DNA of 64,000 nt from sequence record PZ534512.1; one strand, written 5' to 3'. The notes beneath the pieces are model-generated. The model did no database searches. It was given only the letters and a program-made list of their open reading frames with translations, and was not told the DNA's origin. The translations under genes and the position numbers were made by a program. Of this stretch, positions 1 to 9,933 are shown piece by piece (position 1 is the stretch's first letter; each line of letters opens with the position of its first letter). This DNA comes from a phage.

Positions 1-1
1 G

Positions 2-373
2 TCTAATACAGCTCATAATAAGTTTTGTGAACTTCTTGGTTTAACTGGCGGATATCCTTTTACTGTTATTAGTGTTAATAGCGGAATTCTTATCGGTATG
101 ATGTATATTGAAATTAGAAACTATTATGGAATGGTATCACCGCTTATTATTTATGAAAAAGATTTTAGTCTATTGACAGAAATTGAAAAACCTGAAGATC
201 CAACTGATCTACTGTGTAAGGCAGTTTATATTCGTCGTCCATTCGCGAATCCTGTGGGTGGATGGGTGACTGATCAGTGGATTGAAGATGGTGTTGAACT
301 TCTGAACGTAGTTCATGCTGGAGAGTACTCTGTAGTTCCTCGCAGCGCAGTGATTAATGTTCGTGTAAGCTAG
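2..373 (+). CDS. hypothetical protein, 5'-partial (frame open to window start); C-terminal segment paralogous to MotB C-terminus
   Basis: No stop in frame from nt 2; C-terminal WVTDQWIEDGVELLNVV..Y.VVP resembles YITDQWVEDGVKLYNAV..Y.VIP of the next ORF. Confidence 0.5.
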   Translation, partial: SNTAHNKFCELLGLTGGYPFTVISVNSGILIGMMYIEIRNYYGMVSPLIIYEKDFSLLTEIEKPEDPTDLLCKAVYIRRPFANPVGGWVTDQWIEDGVELLNVVHAGEYSVVPRSAVINVRVS

Positions 374-403
374 TTTACAAACTCTTGAGACCAGAGTATA
401 ATG
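373..403 (+). promoter_or_regulatory. early sigma70-type promoter (GTTTAC -17- TATAAT)
   Basis: gtttac at 373-378 and tataat at 397-402, 17-bp spacer, upstream of ORF at 447. Confidence 0.45.
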
Positions 404-446
404 GTCCCGTGGAGTATAAAATCTTTTTAACAAGTGAGAGATAACT

Positions 447-938
447 ATGATTATTAATATTGGTGAATTAGCTCGTGTATCTGATAAATCCCGCTCTAAA
501 GCGGCAGGAAAATTGGTCGAAGTTGTAAGCATTCAGCTTAAACACGGTGTTAAAGATGAAGATTCTGAAGTAAAAGTGCGTATCATTCCTAAAGATGGAA
601 AGTCTAAACCTCAGTTTGGCTATGTTCGTGCGAAATTTCTTGAATCTGCGTTTTTGAAAGCTGTTCCTGCTAAAGGAATTGAAACGATTGATACTTCGCA
701 TGTAGGTGTAGACTTTAAGTGGAAACTCGGTCAGGCTATTAAGTTCGTTGCTCCTTATGAGTTTGAATTTACTGAAGGTGAGGAAGGTGTTGTTAACCGT
801 ACTCGCGCTATGTGTGCATACATTACTGATCAATGGGTAGAAGATGGCGTTAAGTTATACAACGCGGTATTTTTAGGAACATACAAAGTCATTCCTGAAA
901 GTTGGATTAAACACTATAGCAAAGCTCGCTATGCATAA
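447..938 (+). CDS. motB: MotB-like DNA-binding protein
   Basis: 163 aa, size and position (upstream of gene 39 cluster) match T4 motB; sequence recalled, not searched. Confidence 0.6.
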   Translation: MIINIGELARVSDKSRSKAAGKLVEVVSIQLKHGVKDEDSEVKVRIIPKDGKSKPQFGYVRAKFLESAFLKAVPAKGIETIDTSHVGVDFKWKLGQAIKFVAPYEFEFTEGEEGVVNRTRAMCAYITDQWVEDGVKLYNAVFLGTYKVIPESWIKHYSKARYA

Positions 939-1023
939 AGTTTAAAATTTTTTCATAAAACTATATACATCAGTAGTTGATTATGGTACTATATCAATAT
1001 CAACTACTGATACAGAAAACAAC

Positions 1024-1305
1024 TTGGAGAATAAAATGGAAAATTTAATTATCATCGAGCAATCTTTCAATGATTATGGTATGGCTTACGGTTATCGTGC
1101 GATAATGGAAGATTCTCGTGGATGTGTTATCGATATTGCTGAATGTAAAGATTTACTGCAGCTTTTGAAGATTGTTCGCAAAAATTGGGATTGTGAAAAC
1201 ATTAAAGCTCGTGTTGTAACGGAAGAAGAAACTGTTTTTCATGATGTAAAATTCGCTAAAGGTGCTGCTACTCTTCTGAAACGCATCGCTCCACTGTTCA
1301 ATTAA
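1024..1305 (+). CDS. hypothetical protein
   Basis: 93-aa ORF preceded by GGAG RBS and early promoter-like sequence at 961-1015. Confidence 0.6.
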   Translation: MENKMENLIIIEQSFNDYGMAYGYRAIMEDSRGCVIDIAECKDLLQLLKIVRKNWDCENIKARVVTEEETVFHDVKFAKGAATLLKRIAPLFN

Positions 1306-1318
1306 TGAGGAAATTGTA

Positions 1319-1534
1319 ATGAAACGTAAAATTGTTCAGAATTGCACTAATGACGAATTTGAAGATGTACTATTCGATCCAGATTTGGTAGTAGTTCAAA
1401 AAGAACATACCGTTAAGTTTACTCACTTGACTTCGGTTTATGTGTATGAAAAGGTTGGTGATAAACAACCAATTTACGGTGTATTTCGTGAAATTACTGA
1501 AGATGGCACAACTTACTGGAAGGAAACTTATTAA
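1319..1534 (+). CDS. hypothetical protein (T4 cef position and size)
   Basis: 71-aa ORF, stop overlaps next start (ATGA-type coupling). Confidence 0.55.
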   Translation: MKRKIVQNCTNDEFEDVLFDPDLVVVQKEHTVKFTHLTSVYVYEKVGDKQPIYGVFREITEDGTTYWKETY

Positions 1535-1959
1535 TGGCTATTAAATTTGAAGTTAATAAATGGTATCAATTTAAAAATAAACAAGCTCAAGAAGATTTTA
1601 TCAAGGACCATACTGAAAACGGAATTTATGCACGTCGTCTTGGTATGGAACCTTTTAGAGTTACAGATATTGACTATCTTGGTCGTCCTACTAAACTTGT
1701 GACATCTAGTGGAAAATTGGCGTTATCTTCTGGTAAAGATATTTTGGATGAAGATTTTATCTGGCTTTCAACGAGCGAAGCTGTGTTCTTTGATGAAGTG
1801 GAAAATCCATACCAGGCAGCCGGAGAGCAAGAGCAGGAAGAGAAAGAGCAAGAACAAATAGAAGATTTCACAGAATTCCCGGTCATGAAAGTTACTATTG
1901 AAAATAATGAACATGCATGGTCCTTGTATCAGATGTTGAAAGCACATTTTAAGGAATAA
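1534..1959 (+). CDS. hypothetical protein (T4 goF position and size), acidic EQ-repeat region
   Basis: 141-aa ORF; [11 protein letters not shown] low-complexity segment. Confidence 0.55.
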   Translation: MAIKFEVNKWYQFKNKQAQEDFIKDHTENGIYARRLGMEPFRVTDIDYLGRPTKLVTSSGKLALSSGKDILDEDFIWLSTSEAVFFDEVENPYQAAGEQEQEEKEQEQIEDFTEFPVMKVTIENNEHAWSLYQMLKAHFKE

Positions 1960-1961
1960 TT

Positions 1962-2138
1962 ATGCCAATGTATGATTATAAATGCCAATCCGAAGATTGC
2001 GGGCATGAATATGAAAAAATTAAAAAGATTTCTGAACGAGAAAATGATGTTTGCCCTAAATGTCATCGTCTGTCTACTCGTCGGCCTTCTGCTCCTAAGC
2101 ATGTGAATGGTGGTTTTTACGACTTACTTAAAGGGTAA
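1962..2138 (+). CDS. small zinc-ribbon protein (CxxC..CxxC)
   Basis: 58-aa ORF not in track; MPMYDYKCQSEDCGHEY...CPKCH pairs of cysteines; tightly packed between neighbours. Confidence 0.45.
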   Translation: MPMYDYKCQSEDCGHEYEKIKKISERENDVCPKCHRLSTRRPSAPKHVNGGFYDLLKG

Positions 2139-2140
2139 TT

Positions 2141-2512
2141 ATGTTTAAAATTGGTAAGAAATATCGTATTCGTGAAGGTGAAGAACAGAAATTTCTACTT
2201 TCTGTTAGTAATAGGAATAGTTCTATTAATGCTGTAATATTGACAAACGAATTTATCGTTGAAGATATGAAAGGTCATAATGTTACAATGATTGGTACAG
2301 CATCTGGAAATGCTGGAAAAACTCTCCACAGTCTGCAAAGTAGTGTTCTAATTTATGATGAAGAATTTGACTTCTTCGAAGAAGTCACAGAAGATTTTGA
2401 TTTTGAATGCACTATTACTATGAAATCTGGCGACCCTCTTTCTTTTACAGTTAAAGATGAAAGAAGCCGTTTAAGAATTATTAGTCTCCTTCAAGCCATT
2501 AAATTTAAGTGA
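2141..2512 (+). CDS. hypothetical protein
   Basis: 123-aa ORF, coupled to neighbours. Confidence 0.55.
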   Translation: MFKIGKKYRIREGEEQKFLLSVSNRNSSINAVILTNEFIVEDMKGHNVTMIGTASGNAGKTLHSLQSSVLIYDEEFDFFEEVTEDFDFECTITMKSGDPLSFTVKDERSRLRIISLLQAIKFK

Positions 2513-2778
2513 AAATTATGAAATATGTTAATCGTTCTATCGCAGCATTAGTATTAGCAGTATCTTTAGTAGGATGCACTGATGCTGATAATGCAACTAA
2601 AATTTTATCATCAAGTGGTTTTACGAATATTGAAATCACTGGATATAACTGGTTCGGTTGCTCTGAAAATGATTTCCAACATACTGGATTTCGTGCTGTT
2701 GGACCTACTGGGCAGAAAGTAGAAGGAACAGTATGTTCTGGGCTGTTCTTTAAGGATTCAACTATTCGTTTTAAATAA
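2509..2778 (+). CDS. putative lipoprotein
   Basis: N-terminal signal peptide with lipobox LVGC. Confidence 0.6.
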   Translation: MKIMKYVNRSIAALVLAVSLVGCTDADNATKILSSSGFTNIEITGYNWFGCSENDFQHTGFRAVGPTGQKVEGTVCSGLFFKDSTIRFK

Positions 2779-2800
2779 AAGGCCTTCGGGCCTTTAGCTT
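2778..2800 (+). terminator. GGCCTTCGGGCC hairpin (CUUCGG tetraloop type)
   Basis: aaaggccttcgggccttt directly after stop codon. Confidence 0.45.
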
Positions 2801-2847
2801 TATGATTACCGGAGTATAATATTCCCGAAACCAAACGAGGATAAGTG

Positions 2848-4665
2848 ATGATTAAGAATGAAATTAAAATTCTGAGCGATATTGAACATATCAAAAAGCG
2901 TAGCGGCATGTATATTGGCTCTTCTGCTAATGAAATGCATGAGCGCTTTCTGTTTGGTAAATGGGAAAGTGTTCAGTATGTACCTGGTCTTGTTAAGCTT
3001 ATTGATGAAATTATCGATAACTCAGTAGATGAAGGTATTCGTACTAAGTTTAAATTCGCAAATAAAATTAATGTTACTATCAAAAACAATCAAGTAACAG
3101 TTGAAGATAACGGTCGTGGTATTCCACAAGCGATGGTTAAAACACCTACCGGTGAAGAAATTCCTGGTCCAGTTGCTGCTTGGACTATTCCAAAAGCGGG
3201 TGGTAACTTTGGTGATGATAAAGAACGTGTCACCGGTGGTATGAATGGTGTTGGTTCTAGTTTAACTAACATTTTTTCTGTGATGTTTGTCGGTGAAACT
3301 GGCGATGGTCAAAATAATATTGTAGTTCGTTGTTCAAATGGCATGGAAAATAAATCCTGGGAAACTATTCCTGGAAAATGGAAAGGAACTCGTGTTACTT
3401 TCATTCCAGATTTTATGTCATTTGAAACTAATGAGCTGTCCCAAGTTTATCTTGACATTACACTGGATCGTCTCCAGACACTTGCAGTAGTTTATCCTGA
3501 TATTCAATTTACCTTTAATGGTAAAAAGGTTCAGGGCAATTTTAAGAAATATGCACGACAGTATGATGAACATGCTATTGTTCAAGAACAAGAAAATTGT
3601 TCTATTGCGGTTGGTCGTTCACCGGATGGATTTCGCCAATTAACTTATGTGAATAACATTCACACTAAGAATGGTGGCCATCACATTGACTGTGTTATGG
3701 ATGATATTTGTGAAGACCTTATTCCACAAATCAAACGTAAGTTCAAAATTGATGTAACTAAAGCACGTGTCAAAGAATGTTTGACTATCGTTATGTTTGT
3801 CCGTGATATGAAAAACATGCGATTTGATTCTCAAACTAAAGAGCGTTTGACTTCTCCATTTGGTGAAATCCGTAGTCATATTCAACTTGACGCTAAAAAG
3901 ATTTCACGCGCTATTCTAAATAATGAAGCAATTCTGATGCCAATTATTGAAGCTGCACTAGCTCGTAAATTGGCAGCAGAAAAAGCAGCTGAAACTAAAG
4001 CAGCTAAAAAGGCTTCTAAAGCTAAAGTTCATAAACATATCAAAGCGAATCTTTGCGGTAAAGATGCTGATACTACTCTTTTCTTGACTGAGGGTGATTC
4101 TGCTATCGGATATCTTATTGATGTTCGTGATAAAGAACTTCATGGTGGTTATCCATTGCGTGGTAAAGTTCTCAACAGTTGGGGTATGTCATATGCTGAT
4201 ATGCTTAAAAACAAAGAACTATTTGATATTTGCGCAATCACTGGATTAGTTCTTGGTGAAAAAGCTGAAAACTTGAATTATCATAATATTGCTATTATGA
4301 CTGATGCTGACCATGATGGTCTAGGAAGCATTTATCCTTCTCTTCTTGGATTTTTTAGTAATTGGCCAGAACTGTTTGAGCAAGGACGAATTCGCTTTGT
4401 CAAAACTCCTGTAATCATCGCTCAGGTCGGTAAAAAACAAGAATGGTTTTATACAGTCGCTGAATATGAGAGTGCCAAAGATGCTCTACCTAAACATAGC
4501 ATCCGTTATATTAAAGGACTTGGCTCTTTGGAAAAATCTGAATATCGTGAGATGATTCAAAATCCAGTATATGATGTTGTTAAACTTCCTGAGAACTGGA
4601 AAGAGCTTTTTGAAATGCTCATGGGAGATAACGCTGACCTTCGTAAAGAATGGATGAGCCAGTAG
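2848..4665 (+). CDS. 39: DNA topoisomerase II large subunit, gp39 with gp60-equivalent C-terminus fused in one ORF
   Basis: 605 aa from ATG 2848 (track starts at GTG 2845); GyrB-like IDNSVDE ATPase motif and Toprim EGDSA / DADHDG motifs in one uninterrupted frame. Confidence 0.93.
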   Translation: MIKNEIKILSDIEHIKKRSGMYIGSSANEMHERFLFGKWESVQYVPGLVKLIDEIIDNSVDEGIRTKFKFANKINVTIKNNQVTVEDNGRGIPQAMVKTPTGEEIPGPVAAWTIPKAGGNFGDDKERVTGGMNGVGSSLTNIFSVMFVGETGDGQNNIVVRCSNGMENKSWETIPGKWKGTRVTFIPDFMSFETNELSQVYLDITLDRLQTLAVVYPDIQFTFNGKKVQGNFKKYARQYDEHAIVQEQENCSIAVGRSPDGFRQLTYVNNIHTKNGGHHIDCVMDDICEDLIPQIKRKFKIDVTKARVKECLTIVMFVRDMKNMRFDSQTKERLTSPFGEIRSHIQLDAKKISRAILNNEAILMPIIEAALARKLAAEKAAETKAAKKASKAKVHKHIKANLCGKDADTTLFLTEGDSAIGYLIDVRDKELHGGYPLRGKVLNSWGMSYADMLKNKELFDICAITGLVLGEKAENLNYHNIAIMTDADHDGLGSIYPSLLGFFSNWPELFEQGRIRFVKTPVIIAQVGKKQEWFYTVAEYESAKDALPKHSIRYIKGLGSLEKSEYREMIQNPVYDVVKLPENWKELFEMLMGDNADLRKEWMSQ

Positions 4666-4695
4666 TTTACTTTACCACATGGATGTGGTATAATT
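4663..4695 (+). promoter_or_regulatory. early promoter-like sequence
   Basis: gtttac ... tataat with inverted repeat ccacat/atgtgg around the -10 region. Confidence 0.4.
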
Positions 4696-4719
4696 AATTG
4701 GGCAAATGAGGATATTGAA

Positions 4720-4923
4720 ATGAAATCATATAAAGTAAATTTAGAACTTTTTGATAAAGCAGTTCATCGAGAATATAGAATCATTCAACGCTTTTTCGAT
4801 ATGGGAGAAGCCGAAGAATTTAAAAACCGCTTTAAAGATATTAGAGATAAAATTCAATCCGACACTGCAACTAAAGATGAACTACTAGAAGTTGCTGAAG
4901 TTATTAAGCGTAATATGAATTAA
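4720..4923 (+). CDS. hypothetical protein (rIIA.1 position)
   Basis: 67-aa ORF with RBS immediately upstream of rIIA. Confidence 0.55.
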   Translation: MKSYKVNLELFDKAVHREYRIIQRFFDMGEAEEFKNRFKDIRDKIQSDTATKDELLEVAEVIKRNMN

Positions 4924-4933
4924 TGAGGAAATT

Positions 4934-7111
4934 ATGATTATCACCACTGAAAAAGAAACTATTCTTGGCAATGGTTCTAAATCAAAAGCATTTAGCATCA
5001 CAGCATCTCCTAAAGTATTTAAAATTCTGTCATCTGATTTGTATACAAACAAAATTCGCGCAGTAGTCCGTGAATTGATTACCAACATGATTGATGCCCA
5101 TGCTCTCAATGGAAATCCTGAAAAATTTATCATTCAAGTTCCTGGACGTTTAGATCCACGATTTGTTTGCCGAGATTTTGGTCCGGGTATGAGTGATTTT
5201 GATATTCAGGGTGATGATAATTCTCCTGGTTTGTATAATTCATACTTCAGTTCATCTAAGGCTGAATCTAACGATTTCATTGGCGGATTTGGTTTAGGTT
5301 CTAAATCTCCGTTTAGTTATACTGATACATTTAGTATTACTTCGTATCATAAAGGTGAAATTCGTGGTTATGTAGCTTACATGGATGGCGATGGTCCACA
5401 AATTAAACCTACATTCGTGAAAGAAATGGGTCCAGATGATAAAACTGGTATTGAAATCGTAGTTCCAGTTGAAGAAAAAGACTTTAGAAACTTTGCTTAT
5501 GAAGTTTCTTATATCATGCGACCGTTCAAAGATTTGGCTATCATTAATGGTCTTGACCGCGAAATTGATTATTTTCCGGATTTTGATGACTATTACGGTG
5601 TAAATCCAGAAAGATACTGGCCTGATCGTGGTGGATTATATGCTATCTATGGTGGTATTGTTTATCCTATCGATGGTGTTATTAGAGACCGTAACTGGCT
5701 AAGCATTCGTAATGAAGTGAATTACATTAAATTTCCAATGGGTTCACTTGATATTGCTCCATCACGTGAAGCTCTTTCATTAGATGATCGCACTCGTAAA
5801 AATATTATTGAACGAGTTAAAGAGCTTAGTGAGAAAGCATTTAATGAAGATGTAAAACGATTTAAAGAATCTACATCTCCTCGTCACACATATCGTGAAT
5901 TGATGAAGATGGGGTATTCTGCTCGAGATTATATGATTAGTAATTCAGTCAAATTCACGACTAAAAATCTGTCATATAAGAAAATGCAGAGCATGTTTGA
6001 ACCTGACAGTAAGTTATGTAATGCAGGAGTTGTGTATGAAGTAAATCTTGACCCTCGACTGAAGCGCATTAAGCAAAGTCATGAAACATCAGCCGTTGCG
6101 TCAAGTTATCGTCTGTTTGGTATTAATACAACAAAAATTAATATCGTTATTGATAATATTAAAAATCGTGTTAATATTGTCCGTGGATTAGCACATGCGC
6201 TAGATGATAGTGAATTTAATAACACTTTAAATATTCATCACAATGAGCGTCTTCTATTTATTAATCCGGAAGTAGAATCGCAGATTGATTTACTACCTGA
6301 TATTATGGCAATGTTTGAAAGTGATGAAGTTAACATTCATTATTTGTCAGAAATTGAAGCTTTAGTTAAAAGCTATATTCCAAAGGTAGTTAAAAGTAAA
6401 GCTCCTCGTCCTAAAGCTGCTACAGCATTTAAGTTTGAAATTAAAGATGGGCGTTGGGAAAAAGAGGAATTATTTACACTTACGTCAGAAGCAGATGAAA
6501 TTACTGGTTATGTAGCGTATATGCATCGTTCTGATATTTTCTCTATGGATGGTACTACATCACTTTGTCATCCATCTATGAATATTTTGATTCGTATGGC
6601 TAATCTTATTGGCATTAATGAATTTTATGTTATTCGTCCGCTTTTACAGAAAAAGGTAAAAGAACTCGGTCAGTGCCAATGTATTTTTGAAGCTTTGCGT
6701 GATTTATATGTAGATGCTTTTGATGATGTAGATTATGATAAGTATGTAGGTTATTCAAGTTCAGCTCAACGATATATTGATAAAATTATCAAGTATCCTG
6801 AACTAGATTTTATGATGAAGTACTTCAGTACAGATGAAGTTTCTGAAGAATATACACGACTTGGTAATATGGTTAGTTCATTACGCGGTGTGTATTTCAA
6901 TGGTGGAAAAGATACCATCGGTCATGATATCTGGACAGTAACTAATCTCTTTGATGAATTATCACGTAATGCTTCAAAAAATAGTGATAAAATGGTTGCT
7001 GAGTTTACCAAGAAATTCCGTATTGTTTCCGACTTCATCGGTTATCGCAACTCTTTAAGTGATGATGAAGTTTCCCAAATCGCTAAAACTATGAAGGCCC
7101 TTGCGGCCTAA
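4934..7111 (+). CDS. rIIA: rIIA membrane-associated protein
   Basis: 725 aa; N-terminus [29 protein letters not shown] as recalled for T4 rIIA. Confidence 0.93.
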   Translation: MIITTEKETILGNGSKSKAFSITASPKVFKILSSDLYTNKIRAVVRELITNMIDAHALNGNPEKFIIQVPGRLDPRFVCRDFGPGMSDFDIQGDDNSPGLYNSYFSSSKAESNDFIGGFGLGSKSPFSYTDTFSITSYHKGEIRGYVAYMDGDGPQIKPTFVKEMGPDDKTGIEIVVPVEEKDFRNFAYEVSYIMRPFKDLAIINGLDREIDYFPDFDDYYGVNPERYWPDRGGLYAIYGGIVYPIDGVIRDRNWLSIRNEVNYIKFPMGSLDIAPSREALSLDDRTRKNIIERVKELSEKAFNEDVKRFKESTSPRHTYRELMKMGYSARDYMISNSVKFTTKNLSYKKMQSMFEPDSKLCNAGVVYEVNLDPRLKRIKQSHETSAVASSYRLFGINTTKINIVIDNIKNRVNIVRGLAHALDDSEFNNTLNIHHNERLLFINPEVESQIDLLPDIMAMFESDEVNIHYLSEIEALVKSYIPKVVKSKAPRPKAATAFKFEIKDGRWEKEELFTLTSEADEITGYVAYMHRSDIFSMDGTTSLCHPSMNILIRMANLIGINEFYVIRPLLQKKVKELGQCQCIFEALRDLYVDAFDDVDYDKYVGYSSSAQRYIDKIIKYPELDFMMKYFSTDEVSEEYTRLGNMVSSLRGVYFNGGKDTIGHDIWTVTNLFDELSRNASKNSDKMVAEFTKKFRIVSDFIGYRNSLSDDEVSQIAKTMKALAA

Positions 7112-7122
7112 TAAGGAAAATT

Positions 7123-8061
7123 ATGTACAATATTAAATGCCTGACCAAAAACGAACAAGCTGAAATTGTTAAGCTGTATTCAAGTGGTAATTACACCCAA
7201 CAGGAATTGGCTGATTGGCAAGGTGTATCGGTTGACACAATTCGTCGTGTTTTGAAAAATGCTGAAGAAGCTAAACGCTCTAAAGTTACTATTAGCGGTG
7301 ATATTACAATTAAAGTTAATAGCGATGCAGTTATTGCTCCAGTTGCTAAATCTGACATTATTTGGAATGCATCTAAAAAATTCATTTCAATTACTGTTGA
7401 CGGTGTAACTTATAACGCAACTCCTAATACTCATTCAAACTTCCAGGAAATTCTTAATCTGCTTGTAGCAGATAAGTTGGAAGAAGCGGCACAAAAAATT
7501 AATGTTCGTCGCGCTGTTGAAAAATATATTTCCGGCGATGTTCGAATTGAAGGCGGAAGCTTGTTCTATCAAAATATCGAATTACGGTCTGGTTTAGTTG
7601 ATCGTATTCTCGATTCGATGGAAAAAGGTGAAAACTTTGAATTTTATTTTCCGTTCTTGGAAAATCTGCTGGAAAACCCAAGCCAGAAAGCGGTATCTCG
7701 ACTCTTTGATTTCTTGGTAGCAAACGATATTGAAATTACAGAAGATGGTTACTTCTATGCTTGGAAAGTAGTTCGTGACAACTACTTTGACTGTCACTCA
7801 AACACCTTTGATAACAGTCCTGGTAAAGTAGTTAAAATGCCGCGTACTCGTGTGAATGACGATGATACACAAACTTGTTCTCGTGGTCTGCATGTGTGTT
7901 CTAAATCTTATATTCGTCACTTTGGCAGTTCAACCAGCCGAGTTGTAAAAGTTAAAGTACATCCACGTGATGTAGTATCAATTCCGATTGATTACAACGA
8001 TGCTAAAATGCGTACCTGCCAATACGAAGTAGTTGAAGACGTTACTGAACAATTTAAATAA
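7123..8061 (+). CDS. rIIB: rIIB protein
   Basis: 312 aa, directly downstream of rIIA as in T-even phages. Confidence 0.9.
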   Translation: MYNIKCLTKNEQAEIVKLYSSGNYTQQELADWQGVSVDTIRRVLKNAEEAKRSKVTISGDITIKVNSDAVIAPVAKSDIIWNASKKFISITVDGVTYNATPNTHSNFQEILNLLVADKLEEAAQKINVRRAVEKYISGDVRIEGGSLFYQNIELRSGLVDRILDSMEKGENFEFYFPFLENLLENPSQKAVSRLFDFLVANDIEITEDGYFYAWKVVRDNYFDCHSNTFDNSPGKVVKMPRTRVNDDDTQTCSRGLHVCSKSYIRHFGSSTSRVVKVKVHPRDVVSIPIDYNDAKMRTCQYEVVEDVTEQFK

Positions 8062-8093
8062 GGGCTTCGGCCCTTATCATATTAAGGAAAATT

Positions 8094-8288
8094 ATGTTAG
8101 GTTATCAAGCACGAGTAAAAGAAGAATACGATCAATTAATGCTCAAAATTAATGCACTGAGCAAATTTTTAGAAAGCACAAAGTTTCTAACGGTTAGTGC
8201 AGTTGAGCAAGAACTGCTGCTTTCACAGTTCATCTCAATGAAATCTTATGCTGAGTGTCTAGAGAAAAGAATCGCACAATTCAAATAA
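8094..8288 (+). CDS. hypothetical protein
   Basis: 64-aa ORF flanked by two GGGCTTCGGCCC hairpins. Confidence 0.45.
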   Translation: MLGYQARVKEEYDQLMLKINALSKFLESTKFLTVSAVEQELLLSQFISMKSYAECLEKRIAQFK

Positions 8289-8291
8289 AAT

Positions 8292-8317
8292 AAGGGCTTC
8301 GGCCCTTTTGTTTTAAG
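8292..8317 (+). terminator. intrinsic terminator (hairpin plus T-run)
   Basis: aagggcttcggccctt followed by ttgtttt. Confidence 0.6.
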
Positions 8318-8351
8318 AGAAATTATGATTCCGACATAAAGGAAAGTTTAA

Positions 8352-8909
8352 ATGCAGAAAACGAATCCGGGTTTACAGAGACTATTTCAGATTCCGACAT
8401 TTACCCTATCGAACAGTGACTTGACTAGTGAAATGAAGGTCAAAATTGCTGATACAGCAAGATACTCTTTAAAACAAAACCCGAACCAGGATAAAGCAGA
8501 AGTTATCGAAAGATGCCGTATCGCTGTGTACGCAGAGTTTTTTGTGGCAGATTGGCTAAGCGGATATGTCAATAAAGGCCAAGAAAATGTCGATGATCCG
8601 TACACGTATGCATGGGATGTTTTAGCGCATCCAAAATATTGCGGGCTTCGTGTAGAAGTCAAAACACATCAAACTGACTCGCGTTGGATTTCGGTAACAA
8701 CGGGATGCAGCGGAGAGTATCCATATGGTTCTGGAATAAATTTAGGGCCCATTCTAAATCATCAAGTCGCTGACTGTATAATTATATTCAACACTAAAGA
8801 AATTCATCCAGGTGTCATCCAGTACACTCCGAAGTTCATCGGTGACAGAGAAGACCTTCGTAGGGTTGTAAGAAAAAGCAACTACAACGGATGGTATCTT
8901 TCCATTTAA
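8352..8909 (+). CDS. denB: endonuclease IV
   Basis: 185 aa, size and map position between rIIB and ndd match T4 denB. Confidence 0.75.
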   Translation: MQKTNPGLQRLFQIPTFTLSNSDLTSEMKVKIADTARYSLKQNPNQDKAEVIERCRIAVYAEFFVADWLSGYVNKGQENVDDPYTYAWDVLAHPKYCGLRVEVKTHQTDSRWISVTTGCSGEYPYGSGINLGPILNHQVADCIIIFNTKEIHPGVIQYTPKFIGDREDLRRVVRKSNYNGWYLSI

Positions 8910-8925
8910 AAAATTTCACAAAACA

Positions 8926-8956
8926 GTTTACATACCACAAGGACCGTGGTACTATA
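8926..8956 (+). promoter_or_regulatory. early promoter (GTTTAC ... GGTACTATA)
   Basis: cacaaaacagtttacataccacaaggaccgtggtactatacaactatcaactac; same conserved block recurs at 12566 and 29102. Confidence 0.5.
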
Positions 8957-8993
8957 CAACTATCAACTACTGATACGGATTTGGAGAATAAAA

Positions 8994-9256
8994 TGAAATT
9001 TAAATTTTATTACGCTAAACATAAAATAACTGATGAGTTTGTGTCAGTTGAATATTCTAGCGATGATGAAGGCATGATTTATACTCGCTTAGGATTATCG
9101 CATTGGGAGTCTGATCAGCCTTATTTTTCAACTCCCGAAGAAATTACACGCTTAATTAATGGTCATATGAATGACCACTGGAATGTAATTCTTTCAGATA
9201 GTCTTAAAGCGGCTATTAATAGTAATGAAATGAAAATCGCTGAGATTGAGCTATGA
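8994..9256 (+). CDS. hypothetical protein
   Basis: ATG after ggagaataaa RBS; track ORF 8891-9256 probably over-extended upstream. Confidence 0.5.
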
Positions 9257-9339
9257 GTTCATTATGGTGGTGTTTTATTTGGTTAATTAGTATTCCAGTA
9301 ATTTGTTTAACATTTACTTTTGTAATGAGGTTATTATGA
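9253..9339 (+). CDS. small hydrophobic peptide (28 aa)
   Basis: MSSLWWCFIWLISIPVICLTFTFVMRLL, ATGA overlap with upstream stop; below track length cutoff. Confidence 0.35.
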   Translation: MSSLWWCFIWLISIPVICLTFTFVMRLL

Positions 9340-9434
9340 AAATTTTGAATTCTGTACTTATTGCTTGCGCGTGGTGGGTTGCACAGGTTTCAGCGGTAGT
9401 AGTTGGTATTCACATTTATTACGAATATTTTTAA
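9336..9434 (+). CDS. small hydrophobic peptide (32 aa)
   Basis: MKILNSVLIACAWWVAQVSAVVVGIHIYYEYF, ATGA overlap. Confidence 0.35.
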   Translation: MKILNSVLIACAWWVAQVSAVVVGIHIYYEYF

Positions 9435-9499
9435 AAAAGTTGTTTACAAGACTGTTCTTCCGTGGTATTATTACTCTATCAACTACGGAGGAACAGAAA

Positions 9500-9613
9500 A
9501 TGAAAAAGATTATTAAAGCTATATGGAATGTAGTTATAATATTAATAGTTTTGAGTATATTCCCAATCGTTTTAATGATTGATGTATTAAACGCTTACTT
9601 TGGATTTATGTGA
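9500..9613 (+). CDS. small membrane peptide (37 aa)
   Basis: ATG 9500 preceded by ggagg RBS and a promoter-like sequence at 9439-9470; track ORF 9365-9613 is the same frame over-extended. Confidence 0.45.
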   Translation: MKKIIKAIWNVVIILIVLSIFPIVLMIDVLNAYFGFM

Positions 9614-9620
9614 GGAAAAT

Positions 9621-9818
9621 ATGAAGCGTAAACGCAGTTCTTTTACATTTATTGAATGGTTTTTCGATAATATTTTTCCGGCTTTATTCATTTTCATGCT
9701 GATTTTTGCCTTAGGTTCAGTTGTAGTTGGAATCTATTTGATGGCGGTAGTCGGAATGGATATTCATCAAAATGGTTTAAAATCCGTAGTTGAAACAATT
9801 TGGAATGGTGTAAAATGA
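9621..9818 (+). CDS. small membrane protein (65 aa)
   Basis: ATG 9621 after gaggaaaat; hydrophobic core FPALFIFMLIFALGSVVVGIYLMAVVG. Confidence 0.5.
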   Translation: MKRKRSSFTFIEWFFDNIFPALFIFMLIFALGSVVVGIYLMAVVGMDIHQNGLKSVVETIWNGVK

Positions 9819-9925
9819 TGAATTTACTAAACATTTGGTTTTATATTCTTATGTTTTACATTGGCGCAAATTTCCCATATTGGATGGGATGGTCAACAAC
9901 TGCATTTGGATTTTATACTCCTTGA
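9815..9925 (+). CDS. small hydrophobic peptide (36 aa)
   Basis: MMNLLNIWFYILMFYIGANFPYWMGWSTTAFGFYTP, ATGA overlap. Confidence 0.35.
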   Translation: MMNLLNIWFYILMFYIGANFPYWMGWSTTAFGFYTP

Positions 9926-9933
9926 GGTGAATT

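Noticed and set aside
7097-7111. GC hairpin ggcccttgcggcc overlapping the rIIA stop codon as a separate regulatory element
   Set aside because: It is inside coding sequence (encodes KALAA) and there is no independent evidence of function.
8060-8075. Hairpin aagggcttcggccctt right after rIIB as a terminator
   Set aside because: No T-run follows; it is more likely an RNA stability or processing hairpin of the CUUCGG class common in T-even intercistronic regions.
9365-9613. 82-aa ORF from the track
   Set aside because: Its N-terminal 45 codons run through the promoter and the preceding peptide gene; the RBS and ATG at 9500 define a 37-aa peptide in the same frame.
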